From Eledone cirrhosa (taxonomy: Eukaryota): a DNA stretch of 64,000 nucleotides. The DNA lies in contig OZ024763.1 in the NCBI GenBank assembly GCA_964016885.1, positions 15,438,001 through 15,502,000 on the forward strand. Reading direction: 5' to 3'. Shown here piece after piece: positions 38,613 to 51,213 of this stretch. Position numbers and translations under genes: made by a program. Position 1 is the first letter of the stretch. Every line of letters begins with the position of its first letter. The notes below the pieces were generated by a model. The model did no database searches, was not told the origin of the DNA, and saw only the letters and a list, made by a program, of their open reading frames with translations.

Positions 38613-39742
38613 CACAACTACCACTACTACTACTACTAATACTACTACCACCACCACCACTACTACTACCACCACCACCACCACCACTACTACTACTACT
38701 TCTACTACTACAGTTTCTATTGCCTCCATCACTCCACTTCCACCACCCTTTGTTATCATATCAACCCCACCCTCATCACTACCACCACCACCACCACCCC
38801 AGTACACAATACTAATGTACCAATAGTCATTCAACAAGACCCCTACCGCCATCCTGCAACTTGTTTCTACCCGCCCACCCCTATCTCTACACCGCCACCA
38901 CCACCACCACCACCGCCACAGCCACCACCGCCACCACCGCCTGTGACACCAATAAGACTGCTTTGTCATATACTACAGTCAGCTAATTACACCTGTCAGT
39001 TTACCTGTCACCACCACCACCACCACCACCACCACCACCACCACCACCACCATTAACACTACCACCGCTGCTACCACCACCACCACCACCACCACCACCA
39101 TCATTGCCACCACCACCACCATTAACACAACCACCGCTGCTACCACCACCACCACCACCACCACCACCACCACCACCACCACCATCATTGCCACCACCAC
39201 CATTAACACTACCACCGCTGCTACCACCACCACCACCACCACCATCATTGCCACCACCACCACCACCACCATTAACACTACCACCGCTGCTACCACCACC
39301 ACCACCACCGCTACCACCACTACCACCATCACCACCATCATTAATACTATCACTTTTTCCCACCACCGCCACCATCATTGCCACCACCACCACCATTAAC
39401 ACTACCACCGCTGCTACCACCACCACCACCACCGCTACCACCACTACCACCATCACCACCACCACCACCATCATTAATACTATCACTTTTGCCCACCACC
39501 ACCACCATCATTGCCACCACCACCACCATCACCGCTACCACCACTACCACCACCACTACCACCATTGCCACCACCACCATTAACACTACCACCACTACCA
39601 CCACCATCATTAACAACACCACCACCATCATTGCCACTACCACCATTAACACTACCACCACTGCTACCACCACCGCCATCACCGCTACCACCACTACCAC
39701 CACCACCATTAACACTACCACCACCACCACCACAACCACCAT
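38515..39742. repeat. (ACT)n/(ACC)n trinucleotide-derived repeat
   Basis: Direct reading. Confidence 0.9.
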
Positions 39743-39766
39743 ATCTCATAACTGACCAACATATAT

Positions 39767-40069
39767 CTCCTGGCTAACCAACGTATCTTCTACTATAACT
39801 CCTGGCTAACCAACGTATCTTCTACTATAACTCCTGGCTAACCAACGTATCTTCTACTATAACTCCTGGCTAACCAACGTATCTTCTACTATAACTCCTG
39901 GCTAACCAACGTATCTTCTACTATAACTCCTGGCTGACCAACGTATCTTCTACTATAACTCCTGGCTAACCAACGTATCTTCTACTATAACTCCTGGCTG
40001 ACCAATGTATCTTCTACTATATCTCCTGGCTAACCAACGTATCTTCTACTATAACTCCTAGCTGACCAA
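39767..40069. repeat. 32-bp minisatellite (~9.5 units)
   Basis: ctcctggctaaccaacgtatcttctactataa. Confidence 0.95.
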
Positions 40070-40094
40070 TATTGGTTCATCATTGACCTTTGAG

Positions 40095-41800
40095 TGAAAA
40101 TTTGGTAGACAGAATTTTTTTTTCCCTGAGGAAAACCTGGGTTTAGTTTTCTCTTCTACTTACTAGGACCTTAGTTTTGTCAGGTTGACTTTAAGACCCC
40201 TTCTTTTTAGGCTCTGCTTCCATGTCTAGAATTTCTTTTCTAGTTCCACCTTGTATTCAACTGTAAGTGTAAGATCATCCACGTACAGAAGTTCCCGTGG
40301 GCATCTGGTCTTAACCCTTTAATGTTCAAACCGGCCAAAACCGGCCAGAATTCTCTACCTCTTTCTGTTGAAACTTGCTGTAACTGGTCGCTCAAACTGA
40401 TGTTAAGGTATTGTTCTCAAAATAAATACATTCAAAATCTCAGATTCGATATTATCTGAGATAATTATGTGAGATAAAGCCTTTACCATGAAAATATAAT
40501 GGTATATATAGAGTAATGTGAATGCTAATGGGTTAAACTCCTCTGTTATAGCCTGCAATACGATAATAAACAGGAGAGGGCTAAGAACAGAGCCCTGGTG
40601 GAAGCCTACATGTATGCTAAATTCCTCGCTATAGTCATTGTTAATCTTAAATTTGCTGACTGCTATACATGGCTAATTCATATATAATACATGGCTTGTA
40701 CAGCCTTCACAAGCCACTCATCTACTCTTAGTTTTCTAAGAGCCCACAGGGCACTCTGTTGAAAGCTTTCTTCAGATCAATAAATGCCAAGTAGAGCATG
40801 CTACTTTTAGCTTGGTTCTTTTCCTGTAACAGTATCACAAGGAAGAGTGCATCAGTGGGGCTTTTGCCTGGTACAAATCCAAACTGCATCTCATCCAGAT
40901 TTACGCTGTCCCTAATCAACTGTGCTATAACTTTTTCTGTTACTTTCATGACCTGGTCCATCAGCTTTATACCTCTATAGTTTCCTCTATCTAGTGCATT
41001 TCCTTTACCCTTGTAGCAGTTGACAATGATGTTGATGCACCAACCATTTGGTATGACACCATCTAGTATTATTTGGTTTACAATACATGTGGTTATGGTG
41101 TGACCTACCAATCCAGATGCTTTCAACATCCTGATGGACCGGCTGCTTTTGCTGTCTTCATATCTGTAATTGCCTTACTTACTACACTGCTGCTGACTTG
41201 TACTGCTGGGCTCTCTATGAGGTCCACTTGGGGTAGAGTCCCTTTCTCCCATGCATTCTCTTCATTCAGTAATCTTTCATAATGGCTTTTCCATGCAGCT
41301 TTCTTCTCGGCACCTGTTAGGGCAAATGCCCCTTCATCATTTCTGACACACTTCTCACCAATGACATCGCAATTTTCTCTAACACACTGCCTCGCAATCC
41401 TGAACACCTACTGTTTTTATCCTTTGTTTTTCCTCCTTGCTAAGTATACTTTTTTCGTCTAGCTTCCCTCCTGGCCTGTATGTAATGTACCCTGCTTCCC
41501 TCGTTCTTCCATTGTTTCCATGCCTGTCGCTTGGCCTTAATTGCTTCATCTACCTTATTGTTCCACCACCAAATCACTCTCCTTCACCCTGTAGTCTTGC
41601 ACCATCCACAGGTCTTGTCTGTTGCTCTTAGTATGTTACATTTTTAGAAACTCCCAGTGTTCTTCTATATTGAATGTCTATCTATTCTTTTTTACTGTCA
41701 TAGGCGTCGAGTCTCTAAATCTGTTACAGGCTGAGGGGACTTTCAGCTTCCAGATCTCTCTTCTCCAGGTTGCTTTCTGTTTCCAAGTTCGCCTAACACT
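40095..41800 (-). mobile_element. Old degenerate RTE LINE fragment (linker + RT)
   Basis: ORFs 41123-41407 (FRIARQCVRENCDVIGEKCVRND) and 40728-41129 (NYRGIKLMDQVMKV, QFGFVPGKS). Confidence 0.92.
40315..40532 (-). mobile_element. piggyBac-like MITE inserted in LINE
   Basis: TTAA|CCCTTTAATG...GCTAATGGG|TTAA; splits the LINE sequence gagtttaagac. Confidence 0.9.
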
Positions 41801-41985
41801 GACAATGAGTTACCCACCACCAGCACAACCTCTTCAATCGCTACAATCGTTAGTGAGTGTATATATAGTTACTGTATATATATATATGTATATATATATG
41901 TGTGTATATATATACATATATATAATATATATATATATATTAAAATACAAATATTAATAAAATAGCTGTTCTTTTGATCAATTAA

Positions 41986-42038
41986 ATTTTATTATACATA
42001 TTTCGGAGGTACAACAGTACGTCCTCATCAGACAAAAT
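41986..42038 (-). ncRNA. Hammerhead ribozyme motif
   Basis: Minus: ATTTTGT-CTGATGA-GGACGTAC[tgtt]GTACCTCC-GAAA-TATGT-ATA-ATAAAAT. Confidence 0.82.
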
Positions 42039-42202
42039 ATAATGATACATGACATACTCTGAGATGTTAAATTTAATCAAGGTAGTTTTATTAATATTTT
42101 TATTTTAATATTAATAACTCTGGAAAATTATTTTACTGGAGAGTGCTTCCAATCTACTGTAAAACTCATTCTTTGATGTACTCATTGAATCTTGTTTAAC
42201 TC

Positions 42203-42284
<82 letters not shown>

Positions 42285-42345
42285 TAGAACACTGGAAGGT
42301 AATATCCGTAGTGGTAGAGCACTCAGTCCATGGGACGAGTTAGGT

Positions 42346-42526
42346 AGAAGTGGTTACACAACAGTTAGTTCACCATTACCGAGAACAATCGTTTCACCTT
42401 AGCGGATCCTCAGCTTGGACTGGTAATGGTTATACATATAACCATGACCAGGCCGAGCTCAAGATCCGCTAAGGTGAAACGATTGTTCTCGGTAATGGTG
42501 AGCTAACTGTTGTGTTACCACTTCTA
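42346..42526. repeat. Fold-back element with hammerhead motifs on both strands (42379-42418 -, 42453-42492 +)
   Basis: Minus CCAAG-CTGAGGA-TCC[gctaa]GGT-GAAAC-GATT-GTT-CTCGG; plus CCGAG-CTCAAGA-...-CTCGG. Confidence 0.8.
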
Positions 42527-42540
42527 TATATATATATATA

Positions 42541-42858
42541 TCATTTCATCATTTCATTTTACGTCCGCTTTTTCCCTGCTTGCAAGGGTGGGACGGGAAC
42601 TGATTCTGGCTTGATTTCTACAGCTGGATGCCCTTCCTAACGCCAACCTCATTTACAGTGAGTGCTGGGTGCTTTTTTGCCATGGCACCTCCACGACCAC
42701 TTTGCAGTGGAATGATAGGGACCCCAGCTGAGTAAACTGGAGCAATGTGAAATAAAGTGTCTTGCTCAAGGAAACAACACATCACCCGGTCTGAGAATTG
42801 AACTCACAACCTTTCGATTGCAAGGTCAATGCTCTAACCACTAAGCCATGTGCCTCCA
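42541..42858 (-). mobile_element. CORE SINE family A
   Basis: Reverse complement of family A. Confidence 0.92.
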
Positions 42859-43145
42859 TATATAAAACCAAAGATTACTATGGTTCGTTGATTACTGAAC
42901 GAATACAATTTTACAATAGATTAGAAGCCTATATATATAAACGAAAGTACAGTATATTCGAAGCTCAAGCCACAGCTAAGCCGATGAATGCCTTCAGCAG
43001 TGTAGCCAAGCACTTGACAAGGTATAGACCTCAGAGTAATAACATACAGTTTAAAGGGCTTTGCAAATTGAAGATAGCGACCGGTAATTCAGTCGCGTGG
43101 TCTGTAGCAACGAAAGAACTGGCTCGCGAGAAAAAATACATACAC

Positions 43146-43222
<77 letters not shown>

Positions 43223-43509
43223 GTATATATTGAGAAGGGACAAGAGACTGTAAACACACTCTGTGTTCTATAGTGTGAGGTGTGACTGGTAGTTACCTGC
43301 TTGTCCGGGCTTGTTTGGTCACCATTGTACTGTCTTACTGTCTTACTGTGTATATATATATATAAATATTTATATATATTTATATATACATATATATATA
43401 TATATATATACACATACATATATATATATATTTATATATACATATATATATATATACACACACATATATATATATATTTATATATACATATATATATATA
43501 CACACACAT

Positions 43510-43593
<84 letters not shown>

Positions 43594-43597
<4 letters not shown>

Positions 43598-44540
43598 TCA
43601 TCATCATCGTTTAACGTCCATCTTCCACGCTTGCATGGGTTTGGACGGGAGTTATCCCACTTGAGGCAAGATTTGTTGGCCTGCTCGTATAGGAGTGTCT
43701 GGCGGGTTTTCTACGGCTGGATGCCCTTCCTAACACCAACCACGTTTACAGTGTGGACTGGGAGGTTTTTTGTCGTGACACCTACACGACCACATTTGTT
43801 TCGGACTGGATGTTGTGGTACCAACATAACTTCACATTTAAGGGGGTGGTGTGGATGGGGTGGGGGTAGTGGGACGGGGGTGTATTTTGTTAGAGGTGCC
43901 TACTGACTGTAGGTAAGGCGGGTCTTCTCTATTACTGTGTAGCGCCAAAGATCTCGGTCCAGTGACATTGTTTTGGAGAGGTGTAAGTGTGTGAGGTCGG
44001 AATTTATCAAGTCGTCCCAGGTTTTTCTGGGTCTGCCTACTCCGTGGCTACCGTCTATTTTTATCGCCCTGCACTTTTTTATACAGCTGTCGTCTTTCAT
44101 GCGCATCACGTGACCGTACCAACGTAGTCTTCTCTCGAGTAAACAACATCTGATCCCTCTTATTCTTAATTTTTCCCTTCATTCGTTTATACTTTGCTGT
44201 TCACGTATATTACTATTACACATCCAACGGAGCATGCAAGCTTCGTTCCTCTCCAGTCTGCATATATCTTCTGCACACAATGCCCAGGTCTCACTGCCAT
44301 GTAACATTGCTGTTCGTATGCAGGCATCATACAGCCTGCCTTTCATTTTTAGGGAGAACCCTTTAGCGGCTAATAGTGGTATAAGCTCTCTGAACTTTTT
44401 CCATCCCGTTCTGACTCTAGCTACTGTACTTTCAGAGCACCCTCCCCCACTGCTGATTTTGTCACCCAGGTAACAGAAGGTGTCCACTATTTCTATAGAG
44501 CCATCTGTACAATGGAATGAGCTAGTATTCTGTGGGCACG
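43594..44540 (-). mobile_element. 5'-truncated RTE family B with long 3' UTR
   Basis: KGFSLKMKGRLYDACIRTAMLHGSETW...[11 protein letters not shown], ~300-bp 3' UTR, (ATG)n. Confidence 0.93.
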
Positions 44541-44719
44541 TCTTATATATTATATATATATGTATATATAATAAGGAGTTGTAAATAGAGGCCATAGCTC
44601 CCTGAATCTTTTCCATTATGTTTTTATTCTAACTACTATATTTTTAGAGAAATCTCCTCTGCTGCTATTTTGGTCACCAAGGTAACAAGCTATTACTACT
44701 TCTGTAGAGAGAAAGATTT

Positions 44720-45370
44720 TGTTGTATACCTGTCACTAACTAAATCTACCTTTGCTGTTAGTCTGCCTGCTATCCTACTACAACTCTTGTGTACCCAAGA
44801 TTTACACTGTAGATCTTACAGAATTTCTCCCTACTCCTTTTCTATATATCAAGCAAGGTAACATCCCTGAAGGGATGAGAGTCTTGTCTCCTTTTCAAGT
44901 TTACTCTAAGTTCTTTTGATTCTAATTTCTGTTTCCAAAGTCAGAATTTCTTCTCAAGCTCTTCCACAGATTCAGATATAAGAACCAGGTCATCAGCATA
45001 TAGAAATCCCCATGGACAGCCAGTCATAAACTCCTACATTAGAACCTGAAGAACTATAATAAACAGAATTCTTAACTTGTTGAGCACGGTGGCTATAATT
45101 AATGCCCCTATTTCTAGTGGAGTTGGCGCCAACTGACTGTAGGTTTGTATGTAATGGCAGTCAGGTCTTCATGGCGCAAAAGATCTCGATCCAGTGTCAT
45201 TGTCTTAGAGAGGTGTAAGTGAGCAAGGTCAGTTTTTATCACCTCGTCCCAGGTTTTTCTTGGTTTACCCACTCCGTAGCTTCCATCAATTTTCATTGCC
45301 CTGCACTTTTTTATACAGCTGTCGTCCTTTATACGCATCACATGGCCATACCAACGCAATCTCCTCTCCA
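44720..45370 (-). mobile_element. Two degenerate RTE fragments (44720-45065 RT; 45125-45370 C-terminus)
   Basis: catcagcatatagaaatcccatggacagccagtc; RWYGHVMRIKDDSCIKKC. Confidence 0.8.
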
Positions 45371-45379
45371 GAATACAAT

Positions 45380-45570
45380 ATGTTCTAGGGCAGAAAAAGT
45401 AACATTTTTTTTAGTCCATTGCACTTCAAGAAATATAAGTAACGCATGTGTAAAGTTTAAAAAAAATCAGTCAGGTACTTCTCGAGTTTTAGGGATTTAC
45501 AGACAGAGACACACACACACAGACAGACAGACAGACAGACATCCTCAGTTTTATATATATATATATATAT
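45380..45570 (-). mobile_element. Possible non-autonomous Helitron-like 5' end
   Basis: Minus: tatatataaaactgaggatgtctgtctgtctg... (TATAAAA start + (GTCT)n). Confidence 0.45.
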
Positions 45571-45644
45571 GAGAAGTGTGTCCATAATGATAACAGTGTA
45601 CTTGCCTTCATTGATACTGATAAGAAGATAGCCTGGAAGTGTCA

Positions 45645-47370
45645 CTACGAGAGACTATTAAATGAGGAGAATAAATGGGAAAAAGATAGTCTGCCCCAAA
45701 TCGATCCAATAGAAGGATCAGTGGTGCAAGTTAAAGGTAGTATAATAAGTAAGGCAATCAAAGATATGAAGACAGGCAAGGCAGCTGGGCCTTCGGAGAT
45801 AGTTGCTGAGACGTTGAAGGCATCTGGAATGGTGGGACATACTATGGTCACCCGTATAGTTAACCAAATAATACAGAATGGGGTCATACCAAAAGACTGG
45901 CGTAGCAGCATCATCGTTAACTGCTACAAGGGTAAAGGGGATGCTCTAGGTAGGGGAAACTATAGAGGCATTAAATTAGTTGACCAGGTCATGAAGGTGA
46001 CAGAAAGAGTTATAGCGCAACTAATCAGAGATCGAATTGATCTAGATGAAATGCAGTTTGGGTTTGTGTCAGGTAAAAGTACCACAGACGCTCTTTTCCT
46101 TGTACGACAACTACAAGAGAAGTACCTAGCTAAAAGTAAACCTCTCTACTTAGCTTTTGTAGACCTGGAGAAAGCCTTTGATAGAGTCCCCGCTCCATTA
46201 TCTGGTGGACTCTTAGAAAACTAGGTGTTGATGAATGGCTTGTGAGAGCTATACAAGCCATGTATAAAGAAACAGTCAGTAAGGTTAGAATTAACAATGA
46301 ATATAGTGAAGACCTTAGCCCCCCCCCCCCCTATTTATTATTTCCCTTCAGGCTATAACAGAGGAGTTCAAGACTGGCTGCCCATGGGAACTCCTATACG
46401 CAGATGATCTAACTCTCATAGCTGAATCTATGGCTGAACTAGAGAAGAAATTCCAAACATGGAAGCTTGGCCTAGAATGAAAAGGCCTTAAAGTTAACTT
46501 GTCTAAGTCTAAAGTTCTAGTTTGTAGAAAGGAAAATAGGGCAGGGGTGCCCTCAGGGAAATGGCCATGTTCAGTGTGTAGGAAAGGAGTAGGCAAGTGC
46601 CCACAGGATACTAGCTCCTTCTATTGCCCAGATGGTTCTATAGAAATAGTGGACACTTTCGTTACCTGGGTGACGAAATCAGCAGTGGGGGGGGGGGGGG
46701 GGGGGGGTTTCTGAAAGTACAGTAGCTAGAGTCAGAACGGGATGGAAAAAGTTCAGAGAGCTTATACCGCTGTTGGCCACAAAAGGTTTCTCTCTAAAAA
46801 TGAAAGGCAGATTGTATGATGCCTGTATACGAACAGCAATGTTACATGGCAGTGAGACATGGGCATTGCGTGCAGAGGACCTGCACAGACTGGAAAGGAA
46901 CGAAGCATGCATGCTCCGTTGGATGTGTAATAGTAATATACGTGAACGGCAAAGCATAAGTGAACTAAGTGAGAAATTAGGACTAAGAGGGATCAGATGC
47001 TGTTTACTTAAAAGAAGACTACATTGGTATGGCCACGTGATGCGTATAAAAGACGACAGCTGTATAAAAAAGTGCAGAGCGATCAAAATTAGTGGTAGTT
47101 ATGGAGTAGGTAGACCCAGAAAAACCTGGAACGATCTGATAAATTCCGACCTTACACACTTGCACTTCTCTAAGACAATGTCATTGGACCGAGATATTTG
47201 GTGCTACGCATAAATACAGAAGACCCGCCTTGCCTATGTACAAAGCGAAACCTACAGTCTGTAGGCACCTCTTAACCAAATATACACCCCAATCCACTAC
47301 CCCTACCCTATCTTCCCACTCCCACCAACACCGCCCTCTCTCTGTAAAGCTGGTACCACAACATCCAGTC
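45645..47370 (+). mobile_element. Degenerate RTE family B copy
   Basis: ORFs 45721-46224, 46499-46714, 46773-47213; 3' UTR resumes at ~47503-47597 after a SINE. Confidence 0.93.
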
Positions 47371-47381
47371 CAAATAAATGA

Positions 47382-47490
47382 GATAATTGTTTCTACTTTT
47401 GGCACAAGGCCAGCAATTACCCAGTGCATTACTGCTACTTTATTTTATCGACCCCATAAGGATGAAAGGCAAAGTTAACCTCAGCGGGAT
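47382..47490 (-). mobile_element. SINE family B 3' half
   Basis: aattgtttctacttttggcacaaggccagc...ggatgaaaggcaaagttaacctc. Confidence 0.85.
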
Positions 47491-47858
47491 AATGAGATCG
47501 AGATCGTGTAGGTGTCACAACAAAAAAACACACAGTCCACGCTGTAATGTGGCTGTGTGGGTAACGCGGTAAAAAGTTCCCAGTTCCACACTGTAAATAA
47601 AGAATAAGATTTAATAATGTAATTTTGATATTACAAAAATAATGTTTTCCAATTTTTCATGCATTACATTTTACATTGAGTAATATTGAAATGCAGAGAT
47701 TTTCTCCATAAATTATATCACTGATTTAAAATCAATCATCATTTTCTTACAAAAGGCATGGGTAATTAGGCTAGTATATATATATATATATATATATATT
47801 TACCATCATCATCATATTTATATATATATATCTATATATATAAATATATCTATATATA

Positions 47859-48564
47859 TCTGTATATATAAAAAGACGAAGTTTTCTGTATGTGTGTGTA
47901 TCTGTGTGTGGACAATTTTTAATGAGGGCTCATATATTCTAAACCATTCATGTGATTTCTTTGAAATTTTTTGCAGAGCTTCTCCTTGCACAAAACCTGT
48001 ACATGATCTACAAAGGCTTTCAAAAATCGATATTGGGGCCTTTGGAGACATTAAAAAAATTTCGGTTATTTGTGTGAATTTTCGTGATTAAGTAAGACAA
48101 TTCTGCTCATTCGGATTTTAATTTACTCTTTATACTTGAAACAAAAGGTACGCTTCCTTGAGACTAACAATATCATTTTTTATATTTCACAACCAGCAAT
48201 TTCTAACAGATTACTAGGTTAAGTTATAGATTTGACATTGTATAATTTATCGTTTCAAGCTTGATGTTCAGACATTAAGTGATGTCATAACTTTTACAAT
48301 ATTATGCTATGTACATAATAGTGTCTAGTATTCACTTCACTTCTCTATTTCATGATGCACTTTAACTGTTGTCAAAAATATTTACACCTAGACTGGATTT
48401 CTGTTGTTACATGGTATGACAGATGACACCGAACTCACATATTAATTACTTCGCTGGAATAATGCCTAAGGTTTTCATGTTTACATAAAGTACGTTTTTC
48501 TTCTATGTATTCAAATTTACTTTGAAGCTACTTGAACTGTCCAAAGGACGGGTAGTTTAGCTAG
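47859..48564 (+). mobile_element. Possible non-autonomous Helitron
   Basis: 5' TC(TG)TATATATAAAAA + TG microsatellite; 3' ggacgggtagtttagCTAG followed by T; similar 3' end ggcatgggtaattaggCTAG at 47755-47774. Confidence 0.55.
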
Positions 48565-48715
48565 TAGTTTAGCCTCAACAAGGCAGATGGGTAACTCTCC
48601 AGGTAACAGAATCCGGAGATTTACCCATCTGCATTGTTGAGGCTTCCAAAAAGGCCAAATTTTTTATCGTTCCACAATCCTTCAAGCAAACTTCAATACT
48701 CTCATATATATATAT

Positions 48716-48765
<50 letters not shown>

Positions 48766-49057
48766 ATATATATTACCTATTTATGGCACACACACACACA
48801 CACAACACACACACACACGTGTGTATATGTGTGTGTGTGCCATGAGTAGGTAACATTAATTAATTCAGATCATTGTTGTTTCTTAAATCTTCTCTCACAG
48901 AGTTTCCCAGGTTATCAATGTGACTTGTAAATATAATTGATTGTCTTTCCCTTGTCTTCCACCCCTCCATCCCCCACCAATCAACCCACCATCTACCCCA
49001 CCACCCACACCTACACTACCCCTACACCCCTCCACCATCCACCCCTACACTACCCCC

Positions 49058-49752
49058 ACCACCACCACCACGACCACATAACACCACCACCACCACCACC
49101 ACCACCACCACATAACACCACCACCACCACCACCACCACCAACACCACCACATAACACCAACACCACCACCACCACCACCACCACCACCACCACCACCAC
49201 CACCACCACCACCACATAACACCACCACCACCACCACCACCACCACCACCACCACATAACACCACCACAACCACAACCACCACCACCACCACCACCACCA
49301 CATAACACCACCACCACCACCACCACCAACACCACCACATAACACCAACACCACCACATAACACCACCACCACCACCACCACCACCACATAACACCACCA
49401 CAACCACCACCACCAACACCACCACATAACACCACCACCACCACCACCACCACCATCACCACCACCACATAACACCACCACAACCACCACCACCAACACC
49501 ACCACATAACACCAACACCACCACATAACACCAACACCACCAACACCACCACATAACACCACCACCACCACCAACACCACCACCACCACCACCACCACCA
49601 CATAACACCACCACCACCACCACCACCACCACATAACACCACCACAACCACCACCACCAACACCACCACATAACACCACCACCACCACCACCACCACCAC
49701 CACCACATAACACCACCACCACCACCACCACCACCACATAACACCAACACCA
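49058..49752. repeat. (ACC)n with periodic ACATAAC interruptions
   Basis: Direct reading. Confidence 0.92.
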
Positions 49753-49856
49753 TCACAATCACATCACCGGCTCTTTCTAACAACAATTGCACTGGTTCAA
49801 ACTGGTTTAGACTGCCTTCACAACACAATCATAAAACAATGATTTATTTCCCCTGC

Positions 49857-49898
<42 letters not shown>

Positions 49899-49980
49899 CC
49901 TATATACATATATATATATATGTGTGTGTGTGTATGTATGTGTTTATTATATATATATATATGAATATATTACATATATA

Positions 49981-50787
49981 TCATCATCATCATCATCATC
50001 ATCATCATTTTACGTCCGCTTTTCCCTGCTTGCAAGGGTGGGACGGGTCTTATTCAACACAGCATCTCTCCACTCGTCACGGTCCCTCGTCATCTCCACC
50101 GTGAGCTTCAATGATCTGAAGTCTGTTCTCACCACCTCCGCCCATGTTTTTCGTGGTCTACCTCTACCACGTCTTCCTTCAACTGGCATTTCCTGGCACT
50201 TCTTCACCCATCGGTCATCCTCCATGCGCATCACATGTCCAAACCACCTCAGTCTCCTCTCCCGCACACTACATTCTATCCCTCTCAGACACAGTTTCTC
50301 TCTCAACACATTTATGCTGGGTCGTTCACGCACATTTACACTGCACATCCAACGGAGCATGCTTGCCTCATTTCTCTCCAGCCGTCGCATATCTTCTGCA
50401 GTTGCTGCCCATGTCACACTACCATGCAGCATCGCGCTCCTCACACAGGCATCATATAACCGGCCTTTCGTACGCAGGGAGAAACCCTTCTTCGTCAACA
50501 GAGGAAGCAGCTCCCTAAACTTCTTCCAACCCGTCCTTATTCTAGATACTATGGCCTCGGAACACCCTCCTCCCATGCTAATCTGATCTCCTAGGTACCG
50601 GAAGCTATCCACCACTTCTATAGCGCCCTCCTGCATTTGAAAAATGTGTCTATCAGTGCGACTTCTACTGTCTAATTTCCCTGTTCATCTACTGCATACA
50701 TATTTCTCCCTACCTGTTAGTTTGCCTGCTATCCCGCTACATCTCTTGTGTACCCAGGACCTACATTGTGTGCATTTTATAGAATTT
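49981..50787 (-). mobile_element. 5'-truncated young RTE family A
   Basis: ORF 50010-50636 nearly identical to the 3' part of the 4283-7550 element. Confidence 0.95.
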
Positions 50788-50825
50788 ATAGAATTTTATA
50801 GAATTTATATATATATATATTATAT

Positions 50826-51050
50826 ATCATCATCATCACCGTTTAACATCCATTTTTCCATGCTGGCATGGGTTAGACGAGTTGTCCTGTTGCGAACGAT
50901 GCCAGGTCAGGTGACTATGTCTTCCTCATGTAGAACTGATTTTGGCTTGGTTTCTACAGCTGGATGCCCTTCAAATGCCAACCACATTTACAGTGAGTAC
51001 TGGGTGCTCTTTGTCGTGTCACCTGCACGACCACTTTACAGTGTGGACTG
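50826..51050 (-). mobile_element. RTE family B-like 3' UTR/tail
   Basis: (CAT)n, gcatgggttagacg, ggatgcccttc box. Confidence 0.75.
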
Positions 51051-51213
51051 GAGACTTCACTGGATGTATACTTCAGCCTGTCGTCATGGGAGATGTCTGG
51101 GAGCGGGTGGGATGGGGTGGGGTGGAGTGGTGCATGTTATATATATGCTTCAGTTTCGGCATGTGCCTGTAGGAAGTCGGATCTTGGGTATTACTGTGTA
51201 ATTACAGAGATCT

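Noticed and set aside
38496-39777. Gly-rich, Pro-rich or mucin-like ORFs (also 49022-49828, 29333-30172, 53532-53952)
   Set aside because: Simple repeats open in most frames, with frame shifts between blocks and no convincing splice context
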